A DNA stretch of 64,000 bases from the IMG/VR virus record IMGVR_UViG_3300042401_002002. One strand, given 5' to 3'. The notes below the pieces were generated by a model. The model was not told the origin of the DNA. It made no database searches and saw only the letters and a list, made by a program, of their open reading frames with translations. Each line of letters begins with the position of its first letter. Position 1 is the first letter of the stretch. Of this stretch, positions 12,108-22,954 are shown piece after piece. The translations under genes were made by a program, and so were the position numbers. Origin of the DNA: a virus (taxonomy: Duplodnaviria; Heunggongvirae; Uroviricota; Caudoviricetes).

Positions 12108-12890
12108 ATGTTACAAGAAAAAGAATTTATATTATTAAGGTATGGTAGATTACAAGGTCACTGTTCACCAAAAGGTTATAGAACAAATAAATATTTTGAA
12201 TCTATTGAAATAACCAATACTGATTTACATTATAATAAAACATACAATTTTGTTTATAATGTTGAAGAGCAAACAAAATTATTATCTGAAGGTAAGCCGT
12301 GTTATTATACTGATAAAAGATTTGAAGAAGGGTATCGTTATAATTTTTATAAATCATGTTATTTGAAATGGACAAGATATAAACGTAATATAACCCTTAA
12401 ATCAGCTATTAGATTAGTTAATAATGTAAAAGGTTTACCAGAAGGTACTATTATTAAATTTGATACAGGAACTTATCTTAAAGGAAAAAATTTTAGTTTA
12501 TCTTATCTTTATAAAACAAAAAAAGAAATACCAATCAATATTGAATATCAAATAACTAAAGAAGGTTTTTATAAACAATTTGATACTTGTAAATATTCTC
12601 AAGAACTAACTAATCTATTAAGAGAGAAGGGTTTTTTAGTTCAAGTATTTGAAAATAACCCTAATAAGTTAATTGATGAATGTGATGGTCAAATAGCTAT
12701 CGCATACGGTCACGGTTTAAGAGTTGGTATTTCTTCCGAAAGAAATGAATTCTATGGTTACAGTAATGGTTGTAATAATGTATTATTTGAATTAGAAGAA
12801 GATTTCAATAAATGGTCACAGTGCCAAGAAATCTCAAAAGATTTATCACCAAAAGAAGTTGTAGAATTATTAATCAATTATAAACAATAA
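12108..12890 (+). CDS. Hypothetical protein
   Basis: 260-aa ORF after a copy of the promoter motif. Confidence 0.7.
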   Translation: MLQEKEFILLRYGRLQGHCSPKGYRTNKYFESIEITNTDLHYNKTYNFVYNVEEQTKLLSEGKPCYYTDKRFEEGYRYNFYKSCYLKWTRYKRNITLKSAIRLVNNVKGLPEGTIIKFDTGTYLKGKNFSLSYLYKTKKEIPINIEYQITKEGFYKQFDTCKYSQELTNLLREKGFLVQVFENNPNKLIDECDGQIAIAYGHGLRVGISSERNEFYGYSNGCNNVLFELEEDFNKWSQCQEISKDLSPKEVVELLINYKQ

Positions 12891-12895
12891 AACAA

Positions 12896-13618
12896 ATGAG
12901 TATTCTCAAAAACAATTTAACTCAGTATCTTTTTATTGATATTGAAACTGTATCAAATTACAAGGATTTTGATACTTTCTATGAAACAGACCCAAGACTT
13001 GCTGAACTTTGGTTGAAGAAGTCTAAAAAGTTCTATGAACTACCTGAATATAAAGATGCCGTTGATGCTGACGATAAAGTATATTTTGATAAGAGTAGTA
13101 TCTACCCTGAATTTGGTAGAATTATTGCAATCACTTTAGGTTTCTTTGATGCAGAAATGAATAAAAGGCTTAAAGTTATTACTTCAGATAATGAACTTGA
13201 AATTATTACAGAGTTTAAAAGCTTGATTGATAATAAAACCTTCGCAAACAAAATTCTGTTTGGACACAACATTGGTTCGTTTGATGTACCTTACATTGCT
13301 AAGAAGTTTATTTTCAATGGTTTCAATATACCTAAAAAAATAAACACAGTTGGTCTTAAACCTTGGGAACTAGGTGCGGTTTTGTTTGATACTATGGAGA
13401 CATTCAAACTAGGTTCTTATGAAGTTATGTCTTTTGACTTATTGACCGCAATGCTTGGAGTTGAATCACCAAAACAAGGGATAGATGGTTCACAAGTTAA
13501 TAAAGTGTATTACAACGAACCAAATGGTATCGAAAGAATCCTTGAATATAACAAGAACGATGTTAATGCTTTAATGGAAGTTGCAATTAAGTTGGATGGG
13601 TTAGTTGATTTGGTTTAA
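12896..13618 (+). CDS. DnaQ/PolB-type 3'-5' exonuclease
   Basis: ExoI IDIET, ExoII GHNIGSFD and ExoIII YNKND. Confidence 0.85.
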   Translation: MSILKNNLTQYLFIDIETVSNYKDFDTFYETDPRLAELWLKKSKKFYELPEYKDAVDADDKVYFDKSSIYPEFGRIIAITLGFFDAEMNKRLKVITSDNELEIITEFKSLIDNKTFANKILFGHNIGSFDVPYIAKKFIFNGFNIPKKINTVGLKPWELGAVLFDTMETFKLGSYEVMSFDLLTAMLGVESPKQGIDGSQVNKVYYNEPNGIERILEYNKNDVNALMEVAIKLDGLVDLV

Positions 13619-13743
13619 GATTAATTAACTATCTTAATAAAAACCTTATCTATTAATTTAGGTAAGGTTTATTCATTTTAATGTAACCTTATTATTTTGT
13701 TTGCGTTAAAGATAATATGTTAAACAATTAAAATTAAATAAAA

Positions 13744-14137
13744 ATGAATGTAATATTCTCTGTTGATTGTAAAATAGATAATTCAGAAGAATTTATAACT
13801 AAATTATGTGAAATTCGTAAATACCGTTATAATACTGAAAATATGGATGTAGTTAATAATGTATTTCTATATACCGTTAGTGATAATATTAAAATATTTT
13901 CTTATTATAATAAAAATCATCCTCAAAAAAAAAATTAATTTAAATGAAGGATTGAAATTAATTAAAAAAGATTTTAATAAAAAAGATAAACTTATTTTAA
14001 TAGGTCATTTCAATGAACCGATTAACTTATCAGGTTTTAAAGATGTTGAAATTTGTTTTGTAGGTAATGAACCTATTATTAAAAAAATAAACAAAACATC
14101 CAAGTTAAAATTAGCTAAATATATCTTAAACAATTAA
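13744..14137 (+). pseudogene. Single gene split by a frameshift in an A10 run (weakly VWA-like)
   Basis: ORFs 13744-13938 and 13859-14137 join in frame if one A is removed from 13925-13934. Confidence 0.5.
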
Positions 14138-14150
14138 AATTAAATAAAAG

Positions 14151-14480
14151 ATGAATATTGAAAATTTCAAATTATATATAAAACAATTAAGTAATGATGA
14201 ACTATATGATGAGTTCACATATTACAAGTATAAACATAATTTAGCTTATCGTACAGTTGAAGAATCTATTAGAAAAAGAAATTTTTCTTATGTTGACTTG
14301 CAAAAAGTTTGGTTAAAAACAAAAGATATTCAATCCAAACGTTATGTTTCAATTAAAGAATTTATTGATTTATTTACCAGACAGATTAAAACTAGTTTAA
14401 TTTGGATAAAAGATTATAAATTAAGACTTAAAATAGTTAAAGACGAATTATCACTTAGAAATAATGGCAAAGCAAAATAG
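14151..14480 (+). CDS. Hypothetical protein
   Basis: 109-aa ORF. Confidence 0.6.
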   Translation: MNIENFKLYIKQLSNDELYDEFTYYKYKHNLAYRTVEESIRKRNFSYVDLQKVWLKTKDIQSKRYVSIKEFIDLFTRQIKTSLIWIKDYKLRLKIVKDELSLRNNGKAK

Positions 14481-14675
14481 AAAAACAAAAGAATCTGTTA
14501 TAAATTACGGAAAGATTAAACGTGATTTGTTAATCAGGGATACAGGTTTAGATAGTAGATTTACTACCAAGGTTCAGACAATGAATCATCATAAGAAACC
14601 TAAATACAAGGATAGGTTTGATGAAGAATAAAAAATAAAACCTCTGCAAATTTAATGTAGAGGTTTTTTGTTGAT

Positions 14676-15221
14676 TTAGAAAATATATTTTAATATTTTT
14701 TGCAATAAACTTATTTTTTTATTTTGTTTACGTTTAAATATAAAAATATTATTGGTTCTATAACTTACTGATATCAATTTATCGTATTGGAATTCAGTAA
14801 ATAATACTATTTCATCTGTTGAATCAATATATCTAGTATTGTATATCTTAAGTTTCATCTTTCAAAAACATTTAGTTTGTTAATAATATTTTTCATTCTT
14901 TTTGGGATATAAAAATATCTATTCGTGAATTTTTCTCGAATAAAAAGAAGTCCGCCTGATTCATCATCAACATGAAAACCAATATTATGTATTTTAAGTT
15001 TCATCTTGCGTATAAGATTAAACAATTAAAATATTCCATTTCAGTTAACATATCTAAATCAAATATTTCAAATGATTGTAAATTTACACTATAATTATTT
15101 ATGTCAAGTTTCATCTTCTTTTATAAATTAATAATTCATTAAATAATTCAGATTTAATATCTGAATATAAATTATGTAAATCAAATTTATAATTGGTCCA
15201 ATTCCATACATAAACTCTCAT
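14676..15221 (-). repeat. MKL micro-ORF array 1 (4 units)
   Basis: ATGs at 15221, 15114, 15004 and 14858, each overlapping the previous TGA. Example 15004-14855: MKLKIHNIGFHVDDESGGLLFIREKFTNRYFYIPKRMKNIINKLNVFER. Confidence 0.85.
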
Positions 15222-15227
15222 ATATAA

Positions 15228-15596
15228 CTAAACATTTTTCTTATAGTAACCTAATTTTCTATCAACATATTTAATTGATTGTTGAACAGTTTCTTTTTGG
15301 TTTTCTAAGTTGCACCTATTTGCTAATTGATACTCCAAATCTTTTCTAACTTCTGTTAAAATATGTAACTTAGCTTTTGTTGCTATCTTTAGTTTAACTT
15401 CATCAGAAACTTTGTGTTTTGGTGATGTTTCATCGCTTCTGTTGAACGATAACCCGTCAGCAATATCATCCATCAAAAAGTTTATATGTTCGTCTAATTG
15501 ATTAATTAATGGGTTCTTTGGGAATGTTTTGTTAAGTTCGTATAAAACTGTAACTATAGTTTTGATTCTTGATTCAATTTGCTTGATATTCTTCAT
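15228..15596 (-). CDS. Hypothetical protein
   Basis: 122-aa ORF. Confidence 0.65.
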   Translation of the reverse strand: MKNIKQIESRIKTIVTVLYELNKTFPKNPLINQLDEHINFLMDDIADGLSFNRSDETSPKHKVSDEVKLKIATKAKLHILTEVRKDLEYQLANRCNLENQKETVQQSIKYVDRKLGYYKKNV

Positions 15597-15706
15597 GGGT
15601 TAGTTGTTTTATCTTGTTAAATATAGGCTCTACGACCTATAAAGTATATTTATCGGCTGTAGAACCTATAAAAAGGTTTGTGTTAAATTAGTTTAGTATT
15701 TGTAAT

Positions 15707-16195
15707 TTACCAATCACTACTACCACTTGAACCACTATCGTAAGAACTACTATCACTTTGATAAGAACTACCAGAATCATGACTTGGTGAGTAATCGTGA
15801 TGAAAATGATTACTATCAGAATGTGATGGACTATAATCGTGATTATTATGTCTTGAATATTCTACATCATGATTTGTTGTTCTGCTATAATCATCACAAT
15901 GATTATGTTTTGGTTTGTTATCATCAGTATTTAACCAATAATTATTCAATATATCTGAATCAGATTGGTTTATAATTGAACTTACTGAATGATTGTAATT
16001 ATCATCTGTTTTGGTTTGTTGCCTTGCTAATTCCGTTACAAAAGGTATATTTCTATGTAAAGCAATGTCTTGTGTTTCGTTAGGAACAACTCTAGCAACA
16101 TATTTAGTCGGTTTTTGTTCCTTAGCAGGAGTGATAATAGTTTCTTTCTTATTATTAGAAAACAAACTTTTGATATATCTGAAAATTCTTAGCAT
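15707..16195 (-). CDS. Hypothetical protein with a His/Ser/Asp/Gly low-complexity tail
   Basis: HDYSPSH occurs twice; the protein ends SSSYDSGSSGSSDW. Confidence 0.7.
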   Translation of the reverse strand: MLRIFRYIKSLFSNNKKETIITPAKEQKPTKYVARVVPNETQDIALHRNIPFVTELARQQTKTDDNYNHSVSSIINQSDSDILNNYWLNTDDNKPKHNHCDDYSRTTNHDVEYSRHNNHDYSPSHSDSNHFHHDYSPSHDSGSSYQSDSSSYDSGSSGSSDW

Positions 16196-16582
16196 ATTTT
16201 AACTTTTTGTTTTAGTTTCTGTTACAATTTTTACTTCTTTAAGAAAAGCTGTTGGTCCACTGTATTCATCATTATCAATTTCGATGTCAAATATAACAAA
16301 TTCTGGTAAGTTATCCAAACCTGTTTCATATAAATGATTTAAAATTATTTTATTAACCTCATCAACTGATAAAGTTATTATTTGAGATTTAGTTACTTGC
16401 ATTATTATTTCTTATATTCAACTTGAACTTTATAACATTCAACACCTGGTCCAAAACCAAAATTTTTAACATGAAAATAAACTTTTTCTTTTGGTACAAA
16501 ACCTTCTTTAAGTAAGAAAGATTCCACAAGTCTATTAACATCTTCTATTGTTAATGTTACTTCTGATTTAGAATTTTCCATA

Positions 16583-16966
16583 TTAAACTAATCCAATTAA
16601 TTTTTTATATTCACCAGCTGTTAACAAACCTTCTCTGTTATTATCAACCAATTTAACTTTAACAATCCAGTTCTCGTAAGGATTTTCATTAATTAAACTA
16701 GGATTATCCAATATATTTTGGTTAATCTCAATAATTACACCTGAAATAGGTAAGAATAAATCAGAAACTGTTTTAACTGCTTCCACAATACCGAATTGTT
16801 CGTTTGCTTGAATCAATTGGTTTAAAGGTTTTTCAATTTCAACAAACACAATATCACCAAGTTCTTTTGAAGCAAAACTAGTAATACCGATTGTTGCTGT
16901 GTTATCTGTATCAAAATAAACAAACTCATGCTCTTTTGAATATAATAGGTTTTCTGGAATTATCAT
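16583..16966 (-). CDS. gcvH: Glycine cleavage system H protein (lipoyl carrier)
   Basis: YSKEHE, IGIT, LGDIVFVE, lipoyl-lysine motif VEAVKTVSD and INENPYENW. Confidence 0.93.
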   Translation of the reverse strand: MIIPENLLYSKEHEFVYFDTDNTATIGITSFASKELGDIVFVEIEKPLNQLIQANEQFGIVEAVKTVSDLFLPISGVIIEINQNILDNPSLINENPYENWIVKVKLVDNNREGLLTAGEYKKLIGLV

Positions 16967-16968
16967 GG

Positions 16969-17160
16969 TTATTCTTTTATTAATTTAATGGTTTGTTTAA
17001 GTGCTTCTTCAAAAGAATCAGATTCTTCTACAAAATGATACCTTGGTTGTTCAACATTATTTGTGATATCTTCAAAGTTCATAAGTACCACATACCAAAG
17101 CATGTGTAGTGGATTTTGACCAGCTTCTGAAACAAACCAGCCTTTAGGAATTTCTGTCAT
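16969..17160 (-). CDS. Hypothetical protein (start probably 17160, MTEIPKGW)
   Basis: The longer track start runs through a structured RNA-like element. Confidence 0.55.
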   Translation of the reverse strand: MTEIPKGWFVSEAGQNPLHMLWYVVLMNFEDITNNVEQPRYHFVEESDSFEEALKQTIKLIKE

Positions 17161-17180
17161 ATTTATTTGATTTTTAAATA

Positions 17181-17269
17181 ATAACCTAGAGTGGAGTCGA
17201 ACCCACAAGACCACTCCTGCCACTACCTTAGTTTATTTCTGAGTCGAACAGATTGCATGTCTAGGTTAT
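17181..17269 (-). ncRNA. tRNA-like structured element with two TTCGACT T-loops
   Basis: Terminal stem ATAACCTAGA/TCTAGGTTAT enclosing TCTG-TTCGACT-CAGA and GTGGG-TTCGACT-CCAC hairpins. No canonical D or anticodon arm. Confidence 0.45.
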
Positions 17270-17278
17270 CTGTGAGAA

Positions 17279-18061
17279 CTATTTACGATTATAAACCTTA
17301 ACTATTTTAAAATCACCTTCGTATTTAAATTCTTCTGAATTAATGTTAGAATTTAAATATTCAGCAGCTTCTTTATAACTAGTATAACCTGATTTTAATA
17401 TTCTTGTGCTAAAGTCATTACCGATTTGAAACTTAGCACCACCTCTACCATTTTGCATTACAGCTCTACTTTCAGAAACAATTAAATATGTTTCATTTAG
17501 ATTTGAGGTGTCAACAAAATTATTACTATGACTAGCGAAAGGTATAAATTGTTTAGTGGTAGTTGTTTCTTGTTCTTCAGAAACTTCATCATCAGGATTT
17601 AAGTTATTGAAAGTTTCAATTTCTTCTTCTTGAACTTGTTCAATAGTTTTTTGTTCTAATTGTTCAGTTATGTACTCAAGCACAATATCTTCAATTTTAA
17701 GATAATTATATTTATCATTAAGTTTACCTTCATTTTCAAGATAATCTTCTAAACAACCAACTAAGTTTTGTTTTAGTTCTTCTAATGTTGTTCCTATTGA
17801 AAATAATGCAAAATTACCTTCATCAACCAATGAACCTTGATAATTACCTGGTTCATTATGTGTTAAATTAATTCTTAAAATAACAGTTGCAGGTTTAATA
17901 GATTTTCTATTATCTACTACTTCAACCATGAAATCATCTGGACCAATAGGTGGATTGTTTTTTGAAGGACCTAAAATAGGTTCTTTGTTATCTGTTGATA
18001 CTTTAGGTTGTGAAACTTTTTTAACTGTCGTTGCTGTCGCTTTTGAGGAAGGTTTGTTCAT
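17279..18061 (-). CDS. Hypothetical acidic protein
   Basis: 260-aa ORF. Confidence 0.7.
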   Translation of the reverse strand: MNKPSSKATATTVKKVSQPKVSTDNKEPILGPSKNNPPIGPDDFMVEVVDNRKSIKPATVILRINLTHNEPGNYQGSLVDEGNFALFSIGTTLEELKQNLVGCLEDYLENEGKLNDKYNYLKIEDIVLEYITEQLEQKTIEQVQEEEIETFNNLNPDDEVSEEQETTTTKQFIPFASHSNNFVDTSNLNETYLIVSESRAVMQNGRGGAKFQIGNDFSTRILKSGYTSYKEAAEYLNSNINSEEFKYEGDFKIVKVYNRK

Positions 18062-18118
18062 TTTCTTGATTATTTAATTGATTCTACAAATATAACTTCT
18101 TTAACGCAAATAAACTAA

Positions 18119-20445
18119 TTATGTTGCAAAAATGTTTAGTTTATTTACATCTAAAATGTAAAATATTTCACTGGTACCATTTATCGTTAGTGCATTATAA
18201 ACTCTGGAATGAATAAACCTAGTATTAGTTAGGTTCTTAATGTTTAGTTTCATATTATATAAATTGTTATTTCGTTAATCCAGCGTTCAATAACTATATT
18301 ACGATTATTTACTAAAAGGTTACTAATAGCACTGAATTGGAAGTAATAGCCGTTATTATCAATTTTAAGTTTCATCTTGCGTAAATTAATATTATGTTTC
18401 TATTTTTATTTAAAGTACCGTTTCGATTTACTAAATACCAATAAGTATCAGTATATTTGAAATTAGTAATACCTTGTTTCCAAAGTTGTTCTACTTTAAG
18501 TTTCATCTTCCGTATGTTCTAAGTGAATTTGTAATATTAATTAATTTAAAAGGATATTCACTATAACCTCTAACTAATATCTGAGTAACCATGTTGTCAA
18601 ATATATCAAATAAAAGTCTTCGAGATTTAATTTGTAATTTCATCTTTTATATATTCTAAGTGAATTTTTGTAATTTGTTAAGTTATCATTTAGACTATAA
18701 CCTTGAACTAAAATTTCAGCAACTGTACTATTTTCTTGAATATTTTCGTTACATCTGAAATTTAAACTTAATGAGTTTTCTATTATTAATTTCATCTTAC
18801 ATATATTTTAAGTGAATCTTTATAATTTATAAATTTAAAAGTTTTATCATAAAAATCACTTTTAATTAATATATATGCTATTATGTTGTCATCAACATTA
18901 AAACAAAAACCTAAATCTGTTTTATATACTATATCTAATTTCATCTTTTACAAATTATTAGTTCGTCAGTATTATTAAAACAATTATTAAATGTTTTAAT
19001 TTTACCTATGCTATAGAAATTATAACTACTTGGATAGTATTTTAATTTTATTATTACTAATTTCATCTTTTGAATACATATAATTTATTTGACCAAATAT
19101 TTTTATATTTAATTATTTCAGAAATAGATATAGTTATCTCATCAGTATAATATCTAAAATACAATTGTTTGTTTAACATACATGTTATGAGTTTCATCTT
19201 CTAAATATAGTTAATTGATAGTAGAACAACATTTTATTATTTACAATATCAGTTATATTATAACAGGTAAGATTACTATTATTTCTAAAACACATAATTC
19301 CTATTTTATTTTGTATTAGTAATTTCATCTTGCAAAGATAGTAATTAAATTTATAAATTCAGCTTTTTCTTTTATAACTTCTTTAAAATTATAACTGTTA
19401 TTGGTACTTCGTGAATTAGTTAACCTACAATTCCAGGTTGATAAATTATCAATTCTAAGTTTCATCTTTTGAATACAGCTATGTTGTTATAAAAAAACTT
19501 ATCAACTATTATTTCAGATAAACAATAAGCTGTTGTAGCAGTTCCAGTATTTTTAAGATACCAACTAGTTTTATCGTATATTTTAAGTTTCATCTTCTAA
19601 ATATTAATAATCGGTTATAATATTTAAAATCTATGATAAATTCTAATTCATCTAAATTAAACTTAATTAAATGATAATTTTGGCTTGTTAAGCGGTTATA
19701 AGAAATTTTAAGTTTCATCTTTTATATTTTAATTCTATTGTTAAACACAGATTCATCAACAATTTGTGAGCATTCTTCAGAACGTACATCTATGCTTTTA
19801 GACCAGTCAAATCTAATTCCAAGATTTAATCTATTCTTTAAATTATGCACGACCTCAATAGCTTTCCATTCTTCATCTGTTAGTTCTTTATTAAACAAAT
19901 CAACAATCGGTCCTGTTGTACCTATTATTTCTTCTTCTGGTTCATTAATTGGTAAAGGTTCATTAACAGTTAAGATAGTTAGGTGTTTGTGACGTTTGTT
20001 TAAATATTTATTGATTTCTTTTAAGATAATATTTGTACCAATGAAATATTGTTGCCCTTTGTTAACTTCTGTTTCGTTATCTAGAACATAATTGTAATAA
20101 ATTGTTACTTCGTAGTCACCTTGGTGACTTGTAACTGAACAATCAGTTATTTTTGAATTGGAATTAAGTATTATATTTTTCATCTTTCATATATTAATAA
20201 TTGATTAAAATCTTTAACGTCTATGTTAAATTTTAATTCATATAAATCAAACTTAATTAAAGAATAATTTTGGCTTGTTAAACGTTCGTAAGAAATTTCA
20301 AGTTTCATCTTGCAAATATTGTTATAGTATTTAACCATTCAAGATTTCCTGAATTAAATTGTTTAATAGTAAAAGTAAACATACAATTATTACTATCATT
20401 TCTAAGATAATAATCTTTAGAATAATCATATAATCTAAGTTTCAT
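18119..20445 (-). repeat. MKL micro-ORF array 2 (14 units, interrupted by a 153-aa gene)
   Basis: ATGs at 20445, 20308, 19718, 19593, 19465, 19328, 19197, 19066, 18944, 18795, 18643, 18506, 18375 and 18253. Units are 126-156 nt open frames, mostly ending in the next unit's ATGA. Confidence 0.9.
19722..20183 (-). CDS. Hypothetical protein embedded in micro-ORF array 2
   Basis: 153-aa ORF whose ATG overlaps the TGA of the upstream micro-ORF. Confidence 0.7.
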   Translation of the reverse strand: MKNIILNSNSKITDCSVTSHQGDYEVTIYYNYVLDNETEVNKGQQYFIGTNIILKEINKYLNKRHKHLTILTVNEPLPINEPEEEIIGTTGPIVDLFNKELTDEEWKAIEVVHNLKNRLNLGIRFDWSKSIDVRSEECSQIVDESVFNNRIKI

Positions 20446-20446
20446 C

Positions 20447-21000
20447 TTAGTCAAACCAGAACCCTAATAAAATAATTTTATTCAAACCTGTTTCTGGTTC
20501 TAATTCAGATAAAACTATCTCACAGTGTGTTGGACCAATCTTGCAGTTGATTATATCCTCAACTTTTAAAGTTCCTAAACCGAATTCTTCTATAACTTCA
20601 ACCAATAAAGGATAAAGTGTTTCTTTGCTTGATTTCAACGAATCAAACTTAGTTTTTGAAATGTAGTGTTTTGCTTGCATAATTTTTAACCTTGACTATA
20701 ATCTATGTTAATTAGTTCTCCATCACCATTAAATTCAAGAGAATAAATCCTTGTCCAACCATCCGGGTCCGATTCATTTTGTCCGCCTGTTTCACTAAAG
20801 AAAAGAATTATTTCGTTATCTTTAATATAACATTCATCTTTATCTAATTCAACTTGGGTATCGTTTTTGAATTGTTTAATTAGTTCTATTAATTTAGCGT
20901 CATCCGTATCATCTTCATCAAATAATGATTCATCTATTGAAAATCTCAATTCTTGATGATATAGGTAATTCCAGTTAATGAATTTGTTTAATATATTCAT
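20447..21000 (-). CDS. Two small hypothetical genes (20686-21000, 20447-20680)
   Basis: Packed ORFs after the promoter motif at about 21024-21046. Confidence 0.65.
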
Positions 21001-21060
21001 GTCTTTAATAAGTTTTGTTTATAAACGTAAATATAAACAAAAGGTTTCTATAAAACAAAT

Positions 21061-22032
21061 TTATCTTCTAAATATGTAAATATTATTAACCAAATCATTT
21101 TTATTAACTAATTTATCTCGTATTCCGTTTAAAACCATTAATTAATTCTTTTTTAATAAATGAATCATAGTGGTTAAATTGGTAATCAGATTCTGTATCA
21201 ATTTTAAGTTTCATCTTGGAAATGACCAAATTATATTTTTAGTTCTTTTAATATCTTTAACCAAAGGTATAAACCAACCGTCAATACAGAATACAGTAAC
21301 TTGATAAGAATTGATATTAAGTTTCATATCTTTTTAAGTTATTTAAATGTTCAATATCCTGTGGTGTTCCTGCAAAGTTAATTTGTTCAAACCAACTAAT
21401 CTTTTGATTATCAGTTAAATAATCATCGTGATAACTGTAAACAACATCAAAGTTTATTGGAAATCTTTGAAATTGAGTCCTTAGTTCTACAGGCAATTCA
21501 CTAAACAAATATTCTACATCATTTACTAATAAACTAAATTTATCATTTAAGAAATCAATAATTGTAGATAATCTTTGTTTTCCATCAATAATAAGTAATT
21601 GTTTGTACTTATGATTATCATTAAAAGGATGATGAAATATTGCAGATATATTTGGAATAAACAATTCTTTGAATATTGATTTAATCAATTCACGTTTTTG
21701 TTCTAAATTCCAACAAAAATCTCGCTGTAAATTCTTATTTTTGGTTGGTAACCAAACATTAAAATCAATCTCAGGTACATATCGCTTATCAACTAATTGA
21801 CGTAAACTATAAGAACAGTGATTCTTTTTTATCTTATTCTTAAGTTCAAACTTTGGTGCTATATCAGCTAATGTTATTACAGGTTTCATCTTTTTAGTAT
21901 CTTTATATCATTGAAAGGTAAAGTAATAGAGTCATGTCTTTTATTACCTATTAAAATATGTTTAACTAATGAGTTATCATGGTTAAAATTAACATGAAAA
22001 ACTGTATCATTATATTCTATCTTAAGTTTCAT
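21061..22032 (-). repeat. MKL micro-ORF array 3 (units at 22032, 21327 and a frameshifted unit at 21214) flanking the DUF262 gene
   Basis: Same junction motif and termini as the other arrays. Confidence 0.75.
21317..21889 (-). CDS. DUF262 / ParB-Srx-like domain protein
   Basis: LQRDFCW and IIDGKQRLSTI motifs. Confidence 0.8.
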   Translation of the reverse strand: MKPVITLADIAPKFELKNKIKKNHCSYSLRQLVDKRYVPEIDFNVWLPTKNKNLQRDFCWNLEQKRELIKSIFKELFIPNISAIFHHPFNDNHKYKQLLIIDGKQRLSTIIDFLNDKFSLLVNDVEYLFSELPVELRTQFQRFPINFDVVYSYHDDYLTDNQKISWFEQINFAGTPQDIEHLNNLKRYET

Positions 22033-22122
22033 CTTTCTAATATTTCAACAAAACTAAACAATTTATTCATTTAAAACAAATATATTTTTTAATAAATTTT
22101 TACTATTTAAAATAAAAACAAA

Positions 22123-22332
22123 ATGACAAATCAAAAAGAAACACTAGGCGTTGAAGCTAATTGCAAAATAATTAACGGAAAATCAATAATTATAAGTGGT
22201 GACATACATGATATCATGTTAAGTTACGTTAAATCTAAAGGAACTAAAATTTCATATTTCACTGAACAGTTATTTTTAGAATTCTTAAAAACTAATAATA
22301 TTGATGTAAATCAATTTAGAAAAAACAAATAA
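22123..22332 (+). CDS. Small protein, possibly ribbon-helix-helix DNA-binding
   Basis: KSIIISGDIHDIMLSYVK..GTKISYFTEQL pattern. Preceded by CTATTTA. Confidence 0.5.
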   Translation: MTNQKETLGVEANCKIINGKSIIISGDIHDIMLSYVKSKGTKISYFTEQLFLEFLKTNNIDVNQFRKNK

Positions 22333-22335
22333 TTA

Positions 22336-22911
22336 ATGAAAAAAAAAATATTTTTAGGGTTTGATATTTCAACCACTTGTATAGGTATTTCATTATTTGA
22401 TGAACAAGGTATTTTAATTAAAGTAGAACACCTGGTCCTTAAACCAGATAAAGACGTGCTTCCGGAACATAGAATTTTTGCAAAGGCAAATATGTTTGAA
22501 TCTTTTATTCAAAAGTTTAAAGAATATGAAGTCGTTAAGATATTCATTGAGGAACCACTTGTTATGTCAAATAACATACATACATCAAATCTTTTAATGA
22601 AATTTAATGGTATATGTTCATATATCTTACTAAATCATTTATTAGTTATACCTGATTATATATCAGTTCATAATATTCGTGTAGCATTATGTCCAGAATT
22701 AATTAGAACTGAAATTAAAAAAGGTGTTCAAAAAGAAATCTTGTCATTCCCTAAAGATATTAAAGGAAAAGAATACATCTTTACCAAGATACAAACACTT
22801 TATAAAGATATTGATTGGGTTAAAGATAAAAAAGGTCAGTTATCCAAATTCAATTACGATATGTCAGATGCAATCGCAGTTGGTTTAGCAGGTTTAAAAA
22901 TATTCTGTTAA
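22336..22911 (+). CDS. RuvC-like Holliday junction resolvase
   Basis: LGFDISTTCIG, IFIEEP and YDMSDAIAVG acidic catalytic pattern. Confidence 0.8.
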   Translation: MKKKIFLGFDISTTCIGISLFDEQGILIKVEHLVLKPDKDVLPEHRIFAKANMFESFIQKFKEYEVVKIFIEEPLVMSNNIHTSNLLMKFNGICSYILLNHLLVIPDYISVHNIRVALCPELIRTEIKKGVQKEILSFPKDIKGKEYIFTKIQTLYKDIDWVKDKKGQLSKFNYDMSDAIAVGLAGLKIFC

Positions 22912-22954
22912 AATAAAACCTCTTCTTAAATTAATAGGAAGAGGTTTTTTGTTT

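Noticed and set aside
17181-17269. Canonical tRNA gene
   Set aside because: No D-arm or anticodon arm could be folded and the T-stem is imperfect, so it is kept only as tRNA-like.
18119-20445. Diversity-generating retroelement as the source of unit variation
   Set aside because: No reverse transcriptase in the window, and no template/variable pair differing only at adenines was seen. It is not excluded elsewhere in the genome.
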